From the NCBI RefSeq assembly GCF_030684895.1, contig NZ_JAUXXP010000016.1, positions 4,244 through 68,243 on the forward strand: 64,000 nt of DNA. Direction: 5' to 3'. Each line of letters begins with the position of its first letter. Positions within the stretch are counted from its first letter, which is position 1. The translations under genes were made by a program, and so were the position numbers. This DNA comes from Pseudomonas sp. (lineage in GTDB: Bacteria; Pseudomonadota; Gammaproteobacteria; Pseudomonadales; Pseudomonadaceae). Positions 35,632 to 45,700 of the stretch are shown in pieces. The notes beneath the pieces are model-generated. The model was not told the origin of the DNA, made no database searches, and saw only the letters and a list, made by a program, of their open reading frames with translations.

Positions 35632-37083
35632 ATGCATCAATTTACCCTGGCCGAGATCGCCCGCGGACTCGCCGACAAACAGTTTTCCGCTGAGGAACTG
35701 ACGCGCAACCTGTTGGCGCGCATCGCCCAACTCGACCCGCAGCTCAACAGTTTTATCACCGTCACCGAAGAGCTGGCGCTTGAGCAGGCGCAAGCCGCCG
35801 ACGCACGCCGCGCTAATGGTGAAAGTGGCGCCTTGCTTGGCGCACCGATTGGTCACAAAGACCTGTTCTGCACCCAGGACGTACTCACCAGCTGCGGCTC
35901 GAAGATCCTCACCGGCTTCAAGGCTCCGTATAACGCCACCGTGGTCGACAAACTCGCCGCCGCCGGCGCCGTGACCCTGGGCAAGCTGAACATGGACGAA
36001 TTCGCCATGGGCTCGGCCAACGAATCCAGCCACTACGGTGCGGTGAAAAACCCGTGGGACGTCACCCGCGTGCCGGGCGGCTCCAGCGGTGGCTCGGCTG
36101 CAGCGGTCGCTGCACGCTTGCTGCCAGCGGCTACCGGCACCGACACGGGCGGCTCGATCCGCCAACCCGCTGCGCTGACCAACCTTACCGGGATCAAGCC
36201 GACCTACGGCCGCGTTTCGCGCTGGGGCATGATCGCCTACGCCTCCAGCCTCGATCAGGGCGGCCCACTGGCCCGCACGGCTGAAGATTGCGCATTGATG
36301 CTGCAAGCCATGGCCGGTTTCGATGCCAAAGACTCGACCAGCGTCGATCAGCCGGTGGACGACTACCTCGCCGTCCTCAGCCAGCCGCTGAATGGCCTGC
36401 GTATCGGCCTGCCGAAGGAATACTTCGGCGCCGGCCTCGATGCACGCATCGGCGAGAAGGTAATGGCGGTGGTGGACGCGCTGAAAAAGCTCGGCGCGAC
36501 CGTCAAAGACATCAGCCTGCCGAATATGCAGCACGCGATTCCCGCCTACTACGTGATCGCTCCAGCCGAAGCCAGCAGCAACCTGTCGCGCTTCGACGGC
36601 GTGCGCTTTGGTTATCGCTGCGAAAACCCGGTGAACCTGGAAGACCTGTACAAGCGCTCGCGCGGCGAAGGCTTCGGTGCTGAGGTTAAACGGCGCATTA
36701 TGGTCGGCACCTACGCGCTGTCCGCCGGTTACTACGACGCCTATTACCTCAAGGCGCAAAAGATCCGCCGGCTGATCAAGAATGATTTTGTCGCCGCCTT
36801 CAATGACGTCGACGTGATCCTCGGCCCAACCACGCCAAACCTGGCCTGGAAACTTGGCGAGAAGAACAACGATCCGGTCGCCGCCTACCTGGAAGACATC
36901 TACACCATCACCGCCAACCTCGCCGGCATCCCCGGCCTGTCGATGCCTGCCGGCTTCATCGATGGCTTGCCGGTTGGTGTGCAACTGCTCGCCCCTTACT
37001 TCCAGGAAGGCCGCCTGCTCAACGTCGCCCACCAGTACCAACAGGTTACTGACTGGCACACCCAAGCTCCGGCTGGATTCTGA
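35632..37083 (+). CDS. gatA: Asp/Glu-tRNA amidotransferase subunit A
   Basis: 483-aa ORF with the amidase signature [13 protein letters not shown]. Confidence 0.97.
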   Translation: MHQFTLAEIARGLADKQFSAEELTRNLLARIAQLDPQLNSFITVTEELALEQAQAADARRANGESGALLGAPIGHKDLFCTQDVLTSCGSKILTGFKAPYNATVVDKLAAAGAVTLGKLNMDEFAMGSANESSHYGAVKNPWDVTRVPGGSSGGSAAAVAARLLPAATGTDTGGSIRQPAALTNLTGIKPTYGRVSRWGMIAYASSLDQGGPLARTAEDCALMLQAMAGFDAKDSTSVDQPVDDYLAVLSQPLNGLRIGLPKEYFGAGLDARIGEKVMAVVDALKKLGATVKDISLPNMQHAIPAYYVIAPAEASSNLSRFDGVRFGYRCENPVNLEDLYKRSRGEGFGAEVKRRIMVGTYALSAGYYDAYYLKAQKIRRLIKNDFVAAFNDVDVILGPTTPNLAWKLGEKNNDPVAAYLEDIYTITANLAGIPGLSMPAGFIDGLPVGVQLLAPYFQEGRLLNVAHQYQQVTDWHTQAPAGF

Positions 37084-37259
37084 GGACGACACACATGCAA
37101 TGGGAAACCGTGGACCGTGGTCTGCCTGGAAATTCACGCCTGGCTCAACGCCAGCAAGTCACTGACTGGCATCAACCAGTCCTGAGCGGATTCTAAGGAG
37201 CACAGACATGCAATGGGAAACCGTAATCGGGCTGGAAATCCACGCCCAACTCAGCACCC
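37041..37259. repeat. Imperfect tandem duplication (period 113 bp) of the gatA 3' end / spacer / gatB 5' end
   Basis: Aligned by eye. The gatA stop 37081 corresponds to TAA 37194, and ATGCAATGGGAAACCGT at 37095 corresponds to the same string at 37208. Flanking blocks match at about 70-90%, with one 7-bp indel. Confidence 0.75.
37095..37196 (+). other. 33-codon chimeric sORF / gene remnant ([33 protein letters not shown])
   Basis: It starts with the first 6 residues of GatB behind the SD GAGGA. It ends with a GatA-like C-terminus (compare the real [14 protein letters not shown]). It was created by the junction duplication, and whether it is translated is unknown. Confidence 0.4.
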
Positions 37260-38656
37260 AATCGAAGATTTTCTCCGCCAGCGCCATCGCCTTCGGCGCC
37301 GAGCCCAACACCCAGGCCAGCCTGGTTGACCTCGGCATGCCCGGCACCCTGCCGGTGCTCAACGCCGAAGCCGTGCGCATGGCCTGCAAGTTCGGCCTGG
37401 CGATTGATGCCGAAATCGCGCCGAGCAACGTCTTTGCGCGTAAAAACTACTTCTACCCAGATCTGCCCAAGGGCTACCAGACCAGCCAGATGGACCACCC
37501 CATCGTCGGCAAGGGCTTCCTCGACATCACCCTGGAAGACGGCACGCAAAAACGCATCGGCATCACTCGCGCGCACCTGGAAGAAGACGCCGGCAAGAGC
37601 CTGCACGAAGACTTCCACGGCATGAGCGGCATCGACCTTAACCGCGCCGGCACGCCGTTGCTGGAAATCGTTTCCGAGCCGGACATCCGCTCAGCCAAGG
37701 AAGCCGTGGCCTACGTCAAGGCGATCCACGCCCTGGTGCGCTACCTGGGCATCTGCGACGGCAATATGGCCGAAGGCTCGCTGCGCTGCGACTGCAACGT
37801 CTCGGTACGCCCGGTCGGCCAGGCCGAGTTCGGCACCCGCGCCGAGATCAAGAACGTCAACTCCTTCCGCTTCATCGAGAAAGCCATCAACCATGAAGTG
37901 CAGCGCCAGATCGAGCTGATCGAGGACGGCGGCAAGGTGGTGCAGGAAACCCGTCTGTACGACCCGAATAAGGACCAGACGCGCTCCATGCGCAGCAAGG
38001 AAGAAGCCAACGACTACCGTTACTTCCCCTGCCCGGACCTGCTACCGGTGGTGATTGAGCAAAGCTTCCTCGACGAGATTCGCGCCAGCCTGCCGGAGCT
38101 ACCAGTCGAGAAACGCGCGCGCTTCGAAGCCGAGTTCGGCCTGAGCACTTACGACGCCGACGTACTGGCCGCCAGCCGCGAACTGGCCAACTACTTCGAG
38201 GCAGTCAATGCGGTGTGTGGCGACGCCAAGCTGGCCGCCAACTGGGTGATGGGCGAGCTGTCCAGCCTGCTCAACAAGGACAACCTGGAGATTGAACAGT
38301 CGCCGGTTTCCGCCGAGCAGCTGGGCGGGATGATCCTGCGCATCAAGGACAACACCATCAGCGGAAAAATCGCCAAGATGGTCTTCGAGGCCCTGGCCGC
38401 CGGCAAAGGCGCAAGCGCCGACGAAGTGATCGAGAAGAAAGGCCTTAAGCAGGTCACCGACTCGGGCGCCATCGAAGCGATGCTCGACGAAGTGCTGGCA
38501 GCTAACGCCGAGCAGGTCGAACAGTATCGCGCTGCTGATGAAGCCAAGCGCGGCAAGATGTTCGGCTTCTTTGTCGGCCAGGCCATGAAGGCCTCGAAAG
38601 GCAAGGCCAACCCCGGCCAAGTGAACGAACTGCTGAAGAAAAAGCTCGACGCTTGA
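37208..38656 (+). CDS. gatB: Asp/Glu-tRNA amidotransferase subunit B
   Basis: 482-aa ORF beginning [17 protein letters not shown]. Confidence 0.97.
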   Translation: MQWETVIGLEIHAQLSTQSKIFSASAIAFGAEPNTQASLVDLGMPGTLPVLNAEAVRMACKFGLAIDAEIAPSNVFARKNYFYPDLPKGYQTSQMDHPIVGKGFLDITLEDGTQKRIGITRAHLEEDAGKSLHEDFHGMSGIDLNRAGTPLLEIVSEPDIRSAKEAVAYVKAIHALVRYLGICDGNMAEGSLRCDCNVSVRPVGQAEFGTRAEIKNVNSFRFIEKAINHEVQRQIELIEDGGKVVQETRLYDPNKDQTRSMRSKEEANDYRYFPCPDLLPVVIEQSFLDEIRASLPELPVEKRARFEAEFGLSTYDADVLAASRELANYFEAVNAVCGDAKLAANWVMGELSSLLNKDNLEIEQSPVSAEQLGGMILRIKDNTISGKIAKMVFEALAAGKGASADEVIEKKGLKQVTDSGAIEAMLDEVLAANAEQVEQYRAADEAKRGKMFGFFVGQAMKASKGKANPGQVNELLKKKLDA

Positions 38657-38673
38657 GCCTTGTGGTAATACAC

Positions 38674-38702
38674 AACGCCGGGTCAGCCCGGCGTTGTTTT
38701 TT
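38674..38702 (+). terminator. Rho-independent terminator after gatB
   Basis: AACGCCGGG-tcag-CCCGGCGTT is followed by GTTTTTT. Confidence 0.75.
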
Positions 38703-38726
38703 CCGCCGCCCCATCATGGAGCCGCC

Positions 38727-39098
38727 ATGCGCCTTCTGTTAATCGCCCTAACCAGCCTCTTGCTCAGCGCCTGCGCCAGCCAGGGCCAGGTCGACCCGCA
38801 GGGTTACCGTGCCGAAGGGCAGGCGTCCTATTACGGCGCGCGCCATCACGGCAACAAAACCGCCAGCGGTGAACGCTTCGACCAGAACGCCCTGACCGCC
38901 GCACACCGCAGCCTGCCGTTTGGCAGTCGGGTACAGGTAACCAACCTGCGCAACGACAAAACCGTGGTGGTGCGCATCAACGACCGCGGCCCCTACAGCA
39001 AGAAGCGCATCATCGACTTGTCACAAAAAGCCGCCGAGCAGCTGGATATGCTGCGCGACGGCGTAGTACCGGTGCGCGTGGAACAACTGGCCAACTGA
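38727..39098 (+). CDS. RlpA-like (DPBB domain) lipoprotein
   Basis: The ORF 38694-39098 was trimmed to the ATG at 38727. It has the lipobox LLSAC and DPBB motifs ([30 protein letters not shown]). Confidence 0.85.
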   Translation: MRLLLIALTSLLLSACASQGQVDPQGYRAEGQASYYGARHHGNKTASGERFDQNALTAAHRSLPFGSRVQVTNLRNDKTVVVRINDRGPYSKKRIIDLSQKAAEQLDMLRDGVVPVRVEQLAN

Positions 39099-39198
39099 AC
39101 ACAGCTGTTTACAAAGAAGCACTAGACAGCCCTGATCAGCCTCTGGCGCAACGCAAGCCGATGATTAAACTAGCGCCACTTTCCTGGAGCCCCTTGCA

Positions 39199-40287
39199 AT
39201 GACCCTGATGACCTTTGTTTACCTGATCGCCGGCCTGGTGCTGCTGGTGGCCGGCGCTGAAGTACTGGTACGCGGCGCGGCCAAACTGGCGGCGCAATTC
39301 GGCATTCCGCCACTGATCATCGGCCTGACCGTAGTGGCCTTCGGCACCAGCGCGCCGGAAACCGCCGTCAGCGTGCAAGCGGCGTTCAACAACAGCGGTG
39401 ATTTGGCCATTGGCAACGTAATCGGCAGCAACATTGCCAACATTTTGCTCATCCTTGGCATGACTGCGCTGGTGGCACCGCTGATTGTCTCGCGCCAGCT
39501 GATCCGCCTGGATGTGCCGATCATGATCGGCGCCAGCCTAGTGGTTTACGCCCTGGCCTGGGACGGCAGTTTGAGCCGCCTGGACGGCATCATTCTGTTT
39601 ACGGGCGTGATCAGCTACACCGGCTTTTTGATCATTAGCTCCCTGCGCGACAAAAGCTCAGGTGAGGATGATGAGTTTGCCAAAGAGTTTGGTCTCGACG
39701 AGCCTGCCAAACCCTACGCCTGGGTGATCAACCTCGGCTTGATCATTGCGGGCCTGGTGCTGCTGGTTACCGGCTCCAATTTCCTGGTTGAAAGTGCCTC
39801 CACCTTGGCCCGCGCCTGGGGTATTTCAGAGCTGGTCATCGGCCTGACCGTGGTGGCCATCGGCACCTCGCTACCGGAACTGGCCACCTCGATCATGGCC
39901 GCCATCAAGGGCGAACGTGATATTGCCGTGGGCAATATTGTCGGCAGCAACATCTTCAACCTGCTCTGCGTACTGGGCCTGGCTTCCATGGTTGCCCCTC
40001 AAGCGATTAAGGTGGCCGCCAATGCCCTGGCCTTCGACTTCCCGGTAATGATCGCCGTGGCCGTAGCCTGCCTGCCGATCTTCTTCGCCGGCTACCGCAT
40101 CAACCGCTGGGAAGGCCTGCTGTTCCTCGCCTACTACCTGGCCTATACGGTCTACCTGGTGCTGTCGTCGACTGGCCGCCCGTTTGCCGAAGTTTTCGGT
40201 GATGCGATGCTGGGTTACGCCCTGCCGCTGACCGCGGTGACCCTGGTGATCATTGCGGGGCGCGCCTGGCACAAACAGCGCATCTGA
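39199..40287 (+). CDS. CaCA-family cation/calcium antiporter (YrbG-like)
   Basis: 362-aa polytopic ORF. It has two alpha-repeat motifs (GTSAPE..GNVIGSNIANILLILG and GTSLPE..GNIVGSNIFNLL). Confidence 0.85.
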   Translation: MTLMTFVYLIAGLVLLVAGAEVLVRGAAKLAAQFGIPPLIIGLTVVAFGTSAPETAVSVQAAFNNSGDLAIGNVIGSNIANILLILGMTALVAPLIVSRQLIRLDVPIMIGASLVVYALAWDGSLSRLDGIILFTGVISYTGFLIISSLRDKSSGEDDEFAKEFGLDEPAKPYAWVINLGLIIAGLVLLVTGSNFLVESASTLARAWGISELVIGLTVVAIGTSLPELATSIMAAIKGERDIAVGNIVGSNIFNLLCVLGLASMVAPQAIKVAANALAFDFPVMIAVAVACLPIFFAGYRINRWEGLLFLAYYLAYTVYLVLSSTGRPFAEVFGDAMLGYALPLTAVTLVIIAGRAWHKQRI

Positions 40288-40358
40288 GCCTCTAGACGGG
40301 GGTTTGGCCATGACCCTCGCTGGGCGTTGTCCATAAACGCCCCAGGCGGTGATAAGCC

Positions 40359-41129
40359 TCAGGGATAGCTGAAGCTTTTGACCAAGGTCAGCTCACCTGT
40401 AGAACGCATAGGCACGATATACGACTCCTGCCGTTCGTTTATCGTGCCTTCCTGACTGATCAGGGTGATCTGCGCGGTGGTCAGTGCCGACGCGCCTGCG
40501 CCGCCGTAATAGTTCACATACACCAGGTATTGACCCGGCTGCGGCGTCGGCGAGGCGATCATCTCCGGCCCATAGCCGGTGGTCACATCAACATCCAGCG
40601 CCGCGCCGTTGGCCAGGCCCCGCTCGCCATACCAGACATGCCCGCCGTCCGGCGTAACCAGGTGCAGATCGAGGTCGGTGTTGTCCGTGTCCCATGCCAG
40701 CACCACCCGCAGCTTGGCAGGGGTCTCGCCGCTGCCCTGGTTGTAGAACTGCACACGCCGCGTTTGCTGGCCATCCGGGCTGCGCACTTCGACATTATTG
40801 CTGCCCGACGGAAATACGAACGGCCGGTCGAAACGGCCGTCCTCCTGCACTTTGAGTGGCATGCTGATGCCATTGACGATCAGCCGCGCCGGTTTTTCCG
40901 CAACCTTGGGCACGCCCTGAATGAGGCCACGGATGCGTGTCGTCTCGGCCTGATCGACCGCACTATTGACCGAAGAGGCCGGGTAATTGACCGCCTGCAT
41001 AAAATGCGCGCCTTCGGCCGAGCCCTCGCGCCAGCCAGCGCGCGGGGTATCCAAACGGATTTCGGCGGCAGCAACGAATGGCAACAGGCTGACCAGTAAC
41101 AGAGCAATTGGGGTGCGGCGAAAGATCAT
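40359..41129 (-). CDS. magF: YfaP/DUF2135-family periplasmic protein, last gene of the A2M operon (MagF-like)
   Basis: 256-aa ORF with a signal peptide. It is a clear paralog of the ORF at 49775-50563 (shared LDLHxVTPDG, GxGPEM, YLxYVNY). The symbol comes from remembered PAO1 mag operon synteny. Confidence 0.7.
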   Translation of the reverse strand: MIFRRTPIALLLVSLLPFVAAAEIRLDTPRAGWREGSAEGAHFMQAVNYPASSVNSAVDQAETTRIRGLIQGVPKVAEKPARLIVNGISMPLKVQEDGRFDRPFVFPSGSNNVEVRSPDGQQTRRVQFYNQGSGETPAKLRVVLAWDTDNTDLDLHLVTPDGGHVWYGERGLANGAALDVDVTTGYGPEMIASPTPQPGQYLVYVNYYGGAGASALTTAQITLISQEGTINERQESYIVPMRSTGELTLVKSFSYP

Positions 41130-41131
41130 GG

Positions 41132-42781
41132 CTATTCCAGCAGCAGGTGGCGGGCAAGGTGTTCTATGTAGTCTTCGTCCTGGCTATTGGGGTGCGCCTC
41201 AAAGGCCAGGTGCAGGTACTCATGAGTCAGGTCGAGGCGATCCTGCAGGGAGTACAGGCCACGGACGAAGATACGCCGCCGCTCGCGGTCGACGTAGGGG
41301 CGCCCGGAAAGCAACTGACAGACCGCAAATTGACGGGTTTCACTGTAGCCGGGCTCAGCATCGAGTCGCGTGCGCCAGGTGCGTTGCTGCGCCAACAACC
41401 AGGCTTCGGCAGCGACCAGGGGCTGGCAAGCAGCATGGGGTTTATTCCAGCGCGTCAAGCTGGCACGCGGGAAGGCACGCAGCAGAATACTGTCGTAGCG
41501 CATTCCCGCCGCAGCCTGTTCCATGGCGTGCTGCCAGGAAAGCCGATCACTGCCGGGCAGGTCGGCGTGATAATTCACCGCACTACCCGCGAGCACCAGA
41601 TCGGTAGTCCACGCGGTTACTTCACGGGCGGCGGCCGAGGCCGGCCGTGGCGCTACGCGCTGTCGGGCGCTGCTGTCGCTGATCGCCAGGCAATCGCCGC
41701 GGCGCTCGGCGCTTTGCAACAGATAGGTGCGAATAGCCACCGCCAGAGCCTTGGCCGCCTCGGCCGGTTGTGCGCTCGCCTCACGATCGAGCACCCGCGC
41801 CACGTACTCCTCGCGCGCTAACCGCGCCGTCAGTTGCGGGGCAGATGCACCGACAGCCAAAAATAACTCGCCGGAGCTGTCGACCGACAAGCGGTTGCCA
41901 TTGACGAACTGCACCTCAAATGAGCCGCGCAGGGCGCCATTGGCGGCGCGCTGGCCTGTATCGCGCTGCAGCACCGCCTGCACCGGGTAGCGGGCGAACA
42001 GCGCCACCTCGACGCAGCGCCCTTCATCCATCGAAGGGCCGTTCGGCAGCGCCGCCTCCAATGCCTCGGCATAGCGTTGGAGAACATCTTGGCTGGTGCC
42101 CGAACCGCCCACCCAGAGCGGCGTGCCGTCGACCAACCAGCCCGCGAAACCGCCCTGACGCGCACGGGTATCATGCTCAGCCAGCCAACTCCAGGTCTTC
42201 ACCCGCATGCGTGCCCCCAACACGCTGAGGGTCTTTTCCTGGGAGGGTTGCAGCAGCACGTCGAGAAGCACTTCACGTGCCTGCTGCTGGGCGGGCAACC
42301 GCGCCAAAACACTCAACAACTCGCTGACCGGCACCCTGTGTTGCGGCTCAAGGCGGGTCAAGTCTTGCAGCCATGCGGGCGCGTCATGCGCCTGCCAATA
42401 GCGCGCCCAATCCTGCGCCACCAACTGCAAACGTTGCGGGGCGAAATACAGGCCGCAGGACTGCACCAACGCCTGATCGCGCTCGATGCTCTCGCCAGAG
42501 GCGCAGCAATACAACTCGTCGCGGTTCTCGCCCTTGCACATGTAGGGCTGTTCGGGCTGCTGGTTGTCGACCAGATAGGCATAGACGAACAACTTCCACA
42601 GACTGCCCAGTGGCGCCTGCAGCTCGGCAGGCACCGCGCCGCGCGACAGCACCTGGCGTTGATCGAGTTGCAGCAGGCGTGCTTCCGGCCCGGCGCCAAG
42701 CGCCAGCTTCAGCGGCGCAGCAGGCGCAGCCAGCGGCAGGCAGGCAAGCAGCCAGCAGGCCAGGCGCACCGACTTACTCAA
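41132..42781 (-). CDS. magE: YfaQ/DUF2300-family secreted protein (MagE-like)
   Basis: The ORF-track entry runs to 43042 but overlaps magD. The likely start is TTG 42781 or GTG 42769, in front of the signal peptide [22 protein letters not shown]. The Cys-rich MCKGENRDELYCCASGE motif, a SpoIID-like block and a C-terminal HEYLH are present. Confidence 0.7.
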   Translation of the reverse strand: MSKSVRLACWLLACLPLAAPAAPLKLALGAGPEARLLQLDQRQVLSRGAVPAELQAPLGSLWKLFVYAYLVDNQQPEQPYMCKGENRDELYCCASGESIERDQALVQSCGLYFAPQRLQLVAQDWARYWQAHDAPAWLQDLTRLEPQHRVPVSELLSVLARLPAQQQAREVLLDVLLQPSQEKTLSVLGARMRVKTWSWLAEHDTRARQGGFAGWLVDGTPLWVGGSGTSQDVLQRYAEALEAALPNGPSMDEGRCVEVALFARYPVQAVLQRDTGQRAANGALRGSFEVQFVNGNRLSVDSSGELFLAVGASAPQLTARLAREEYVARVLDREASAQPAEAAKALAVAIRTYLLQSAERRGDCLAISDSSARQRVAPRPASAAAREVTAWTTDLVLAGSAVNYHADLPGSDRLSWQHAMEQAAAGMRYDSILLRAFPRASLTRWNKPHAACQPLVAAEAWLLAQQRTWRTRLDAEPGYSETRQFAVCQLLSGRPYVDRERRRIFVRGLYSLQDRLDLTHEYLHLAFEAHPNSQDEDYIEHLARHLLLE

Positions 42782-45700
42782 CCTCAAGCTCAGCCAGTGC
42801 CGGCTGGCTTTCCAGCGCCTGATCCTGTGGCGCGTACATGCGTTGATAACGCACTGGCGGCAGACTGAACTGGCCCTTCTGCGAGAAGCGCACCAGGTGA
42901 CGGAATACCTGTGTGCCTTGCAGGCTGTCGATCGGCACGGCATAGAGCAATTGACCGGGTTCGTGACGGGCCTTTTCCAGTGGTGCGGCTTCTGCGGAAC
43001 CCAAACCACTGACCTGAATACCCCAGGTGGTGCGTTCGACATCGGCGCCAGGCGGCAATGGCACTTCCAGCAGGCCGTAGCGCAGCGGGCGTTCGGCCTC
43101 AGTGTGCAGGGTCACTTCGTCGAGGTAGAGGCTGTCACTGGAAAGCGTATCGTCACCCACTTCCTCGGCGCTGAACTCGAAAGCATTCTCCCCTGGCACC
43201 AGGCGCAGCAACCGCCGGCTGACCTTGACCGGCAGGTTGCTGAGCGGCGCTTGGCTGCTGCGCAGGCTCACTGCAACTTGCAGCGATTGTGCAAGATTCT
43301 CCGGTAGATCCAGGCTGCTGGGCAGGCCTTCTCCTTGCCAATGCCAGACGCGCTCGCCACTGGTGCTTGGCTGCGCCAGCCAGCCAGCGCCCAGCTCCGG
43401 CGCGGCGAGCACTGGCACCTCCTCAATAACGCGCTTGAGCCAGGTCAACACCAGGGCCCGCTCTAGCGTCGACTGCTCCGGCGCCAGACGCTGCAGCAAG
43501 GCAACGGCGCGGGCCTGATCCGGAACAGCCAGGGTCAGCTTGATGGCTTCGGCAAATGGATGATCGCTGGCGACGAGCACACCCTCGGCCTGTTCCAGCT
43601 GCACCTTGAATGAAGGCGGCACAGCCACCTTGGCTTGATTCGCCAGGTGCGCGGTCAACACGCGGGCGATGGCTAACCCGAGGGTCGAATCTGGAGCACT
43701 CATAATCAGGCTGGCTACACCATCATCGGCAAGGGTGATAGCTTCGCCCTCCCCGGCGCGGCCAAGATCGGCGAGCAGGCCTTCGAGCAGGCTGTTCACC
43801 GGCAGCTGCATGTCACGGGCGAAGGACAGGATCAGCGCGCGCTGCAACGGCGGGGTGTTCAGCGCCTGCTTGGCATAGACCTCCAATACCCGCTGCCAAT
43901 GCTCCGCTGGCAAGGCGATATTCAGTACGCGGCTGGCATGCCAGTCGGCGTAATAGGCATAGGCCGTAAGGAAGGCATCCGCCTCGCCAGCTTCGCCCCA
44001 CCAAGTGAACGCGGCCTCCGGCCCAGCCATCTGCACCAAGCGCAGGCGGCTGTTCTGCATGATCAGGCGCAGGCGCTCGCCGATCCGCGGCTCACCCTTG
44101 GCCAGCGCCGGATAGACCAGGCTTAGCGGCAGCAGGCGACTGGCAGTCTGCTCAACGCAACCATAGGGATATTCCAGCAGCGCATCCAGGTTGTGCATAA
44201 ACAGACTTTGCACGCCGTTCTCCAGGCGCAGGCTTACCTCTGAGGCATCGGCCGGCAGGCTCAGCGGGTTGCTGCCCGCATTGGCGGTCAGGCGTTGGCT
44301 TTGCAGATCCTGCCAGCCGGCAGCGTGGGTGCGCAGGCTGACGTTCAGGGCATCGACGGTCTTACCGTCCTGTTGCAACTCGCCGCTCCATTGCGCCGCA
44401 GTGACTGCATCCTGGGCCAGCGCCACGTAGTTGATGCCTGGGGCCAGGGCCAGTTCGATGCGTTTTTCCTGCCCGGCATAACGGCTGAGCAACTCAGCCT
44501 TGGTCGCCGTCTCACCCTGGTTGAAGACGAACAAGCCCAAGGCCGGGCGGTCGCCGCTGCGAAACAGGCTTGGCCCACTCCATTTCAGGTACAGGGGTTT
44601 TTCCGAGCGGATGAACTGCTTCTTCTGGCCGACCTGGCCATCCTCGTTGACCGCACGCGCAGTGATGCGCCAGCGGGTCAGCGAATCCGGCATGCGGAAG
44701 CTGAAGCTCACCTTGCCGTCGGCACCGGTAACCAGATCCGGTTGCCAGGCAGCCGTGTCGACGTCTTCGCGGCGTGGCCGCTCCAGCACTTTGACCCCGC
44801 GCTCGCTGCGATTGGCGCGGCCGGGGGCGGTTGGCGCACCAGGCAAAGCGACGTCGTAGCTGATAAATGACAGGCTGGCGCTGGTGCGCACGTTGTTGCG
44901 CCGCGGGTGATAGAAGAACTGATCAATTCCCGGGGCGACTTCCGGTTGCAAGGCATAGATCATCTCGTCCACCACGCTGAGCGTCAGGCGCGTGGCATTG
45001 GGCTGGCCGGCAAAGCGCGTGGCGATCTCGACGGTGACAGTCTCGCCCGGCTGGTACTGCTGTTTATCGGCGACGATGTCGATCTCGATCTGTGGCTGGG
45101 AGACCTTGATCCCGGCATTCTGAAAGCTGTAATCCCCGCCCTTGGTGTAGAGCACGGAGAACGTCAGGTTAGGCGAGAAATCCGCCTTGACCGCAATTCG
45201 CGCGCGGTACTGGGTATCGTTGAGCTTTTCCAGTTCCAGCCAATCAGCGCCCTGGGACAGCAGCGCGGTGGCTTCCACCTGATCGCGCTCCAGGGTCAGC
45301 AAGGCATCGTTGATCGGTTCGGGGAAGGTGATCAGCGCCAGCGCTTCGTCGCCCGCCAGGTACTCGGGCTTGTCGAAGACGATCTCCACCGTGCCGGCCA
45401 CGGCCTTGATCCCTTCACCGCTAACCGTGTGACCGGTGGCACCGAGGATCAGGCCATGCCGGTTTTTCAGGGTAATGCTATAGGTGCCGGGCCGCTCGAA
45501 GGCAATGGTGAACCCTTTGCTCTCAGCCTCCAGGCTGGCGTCGCCCTGGCTCTGGTCTTCCAGGCGTACCCACTCGTAGCGGGCAGGCTTGAGAGTGCTC
45601 GGCTGCTCGGCGCTGTAGCCGAACGTGATGCGCTCGCCGACGCGGCTAAAGCGCTGCGCGGCTGCCAGACGATAGTGCGCGGCACCGCGCTCGATAAGGA

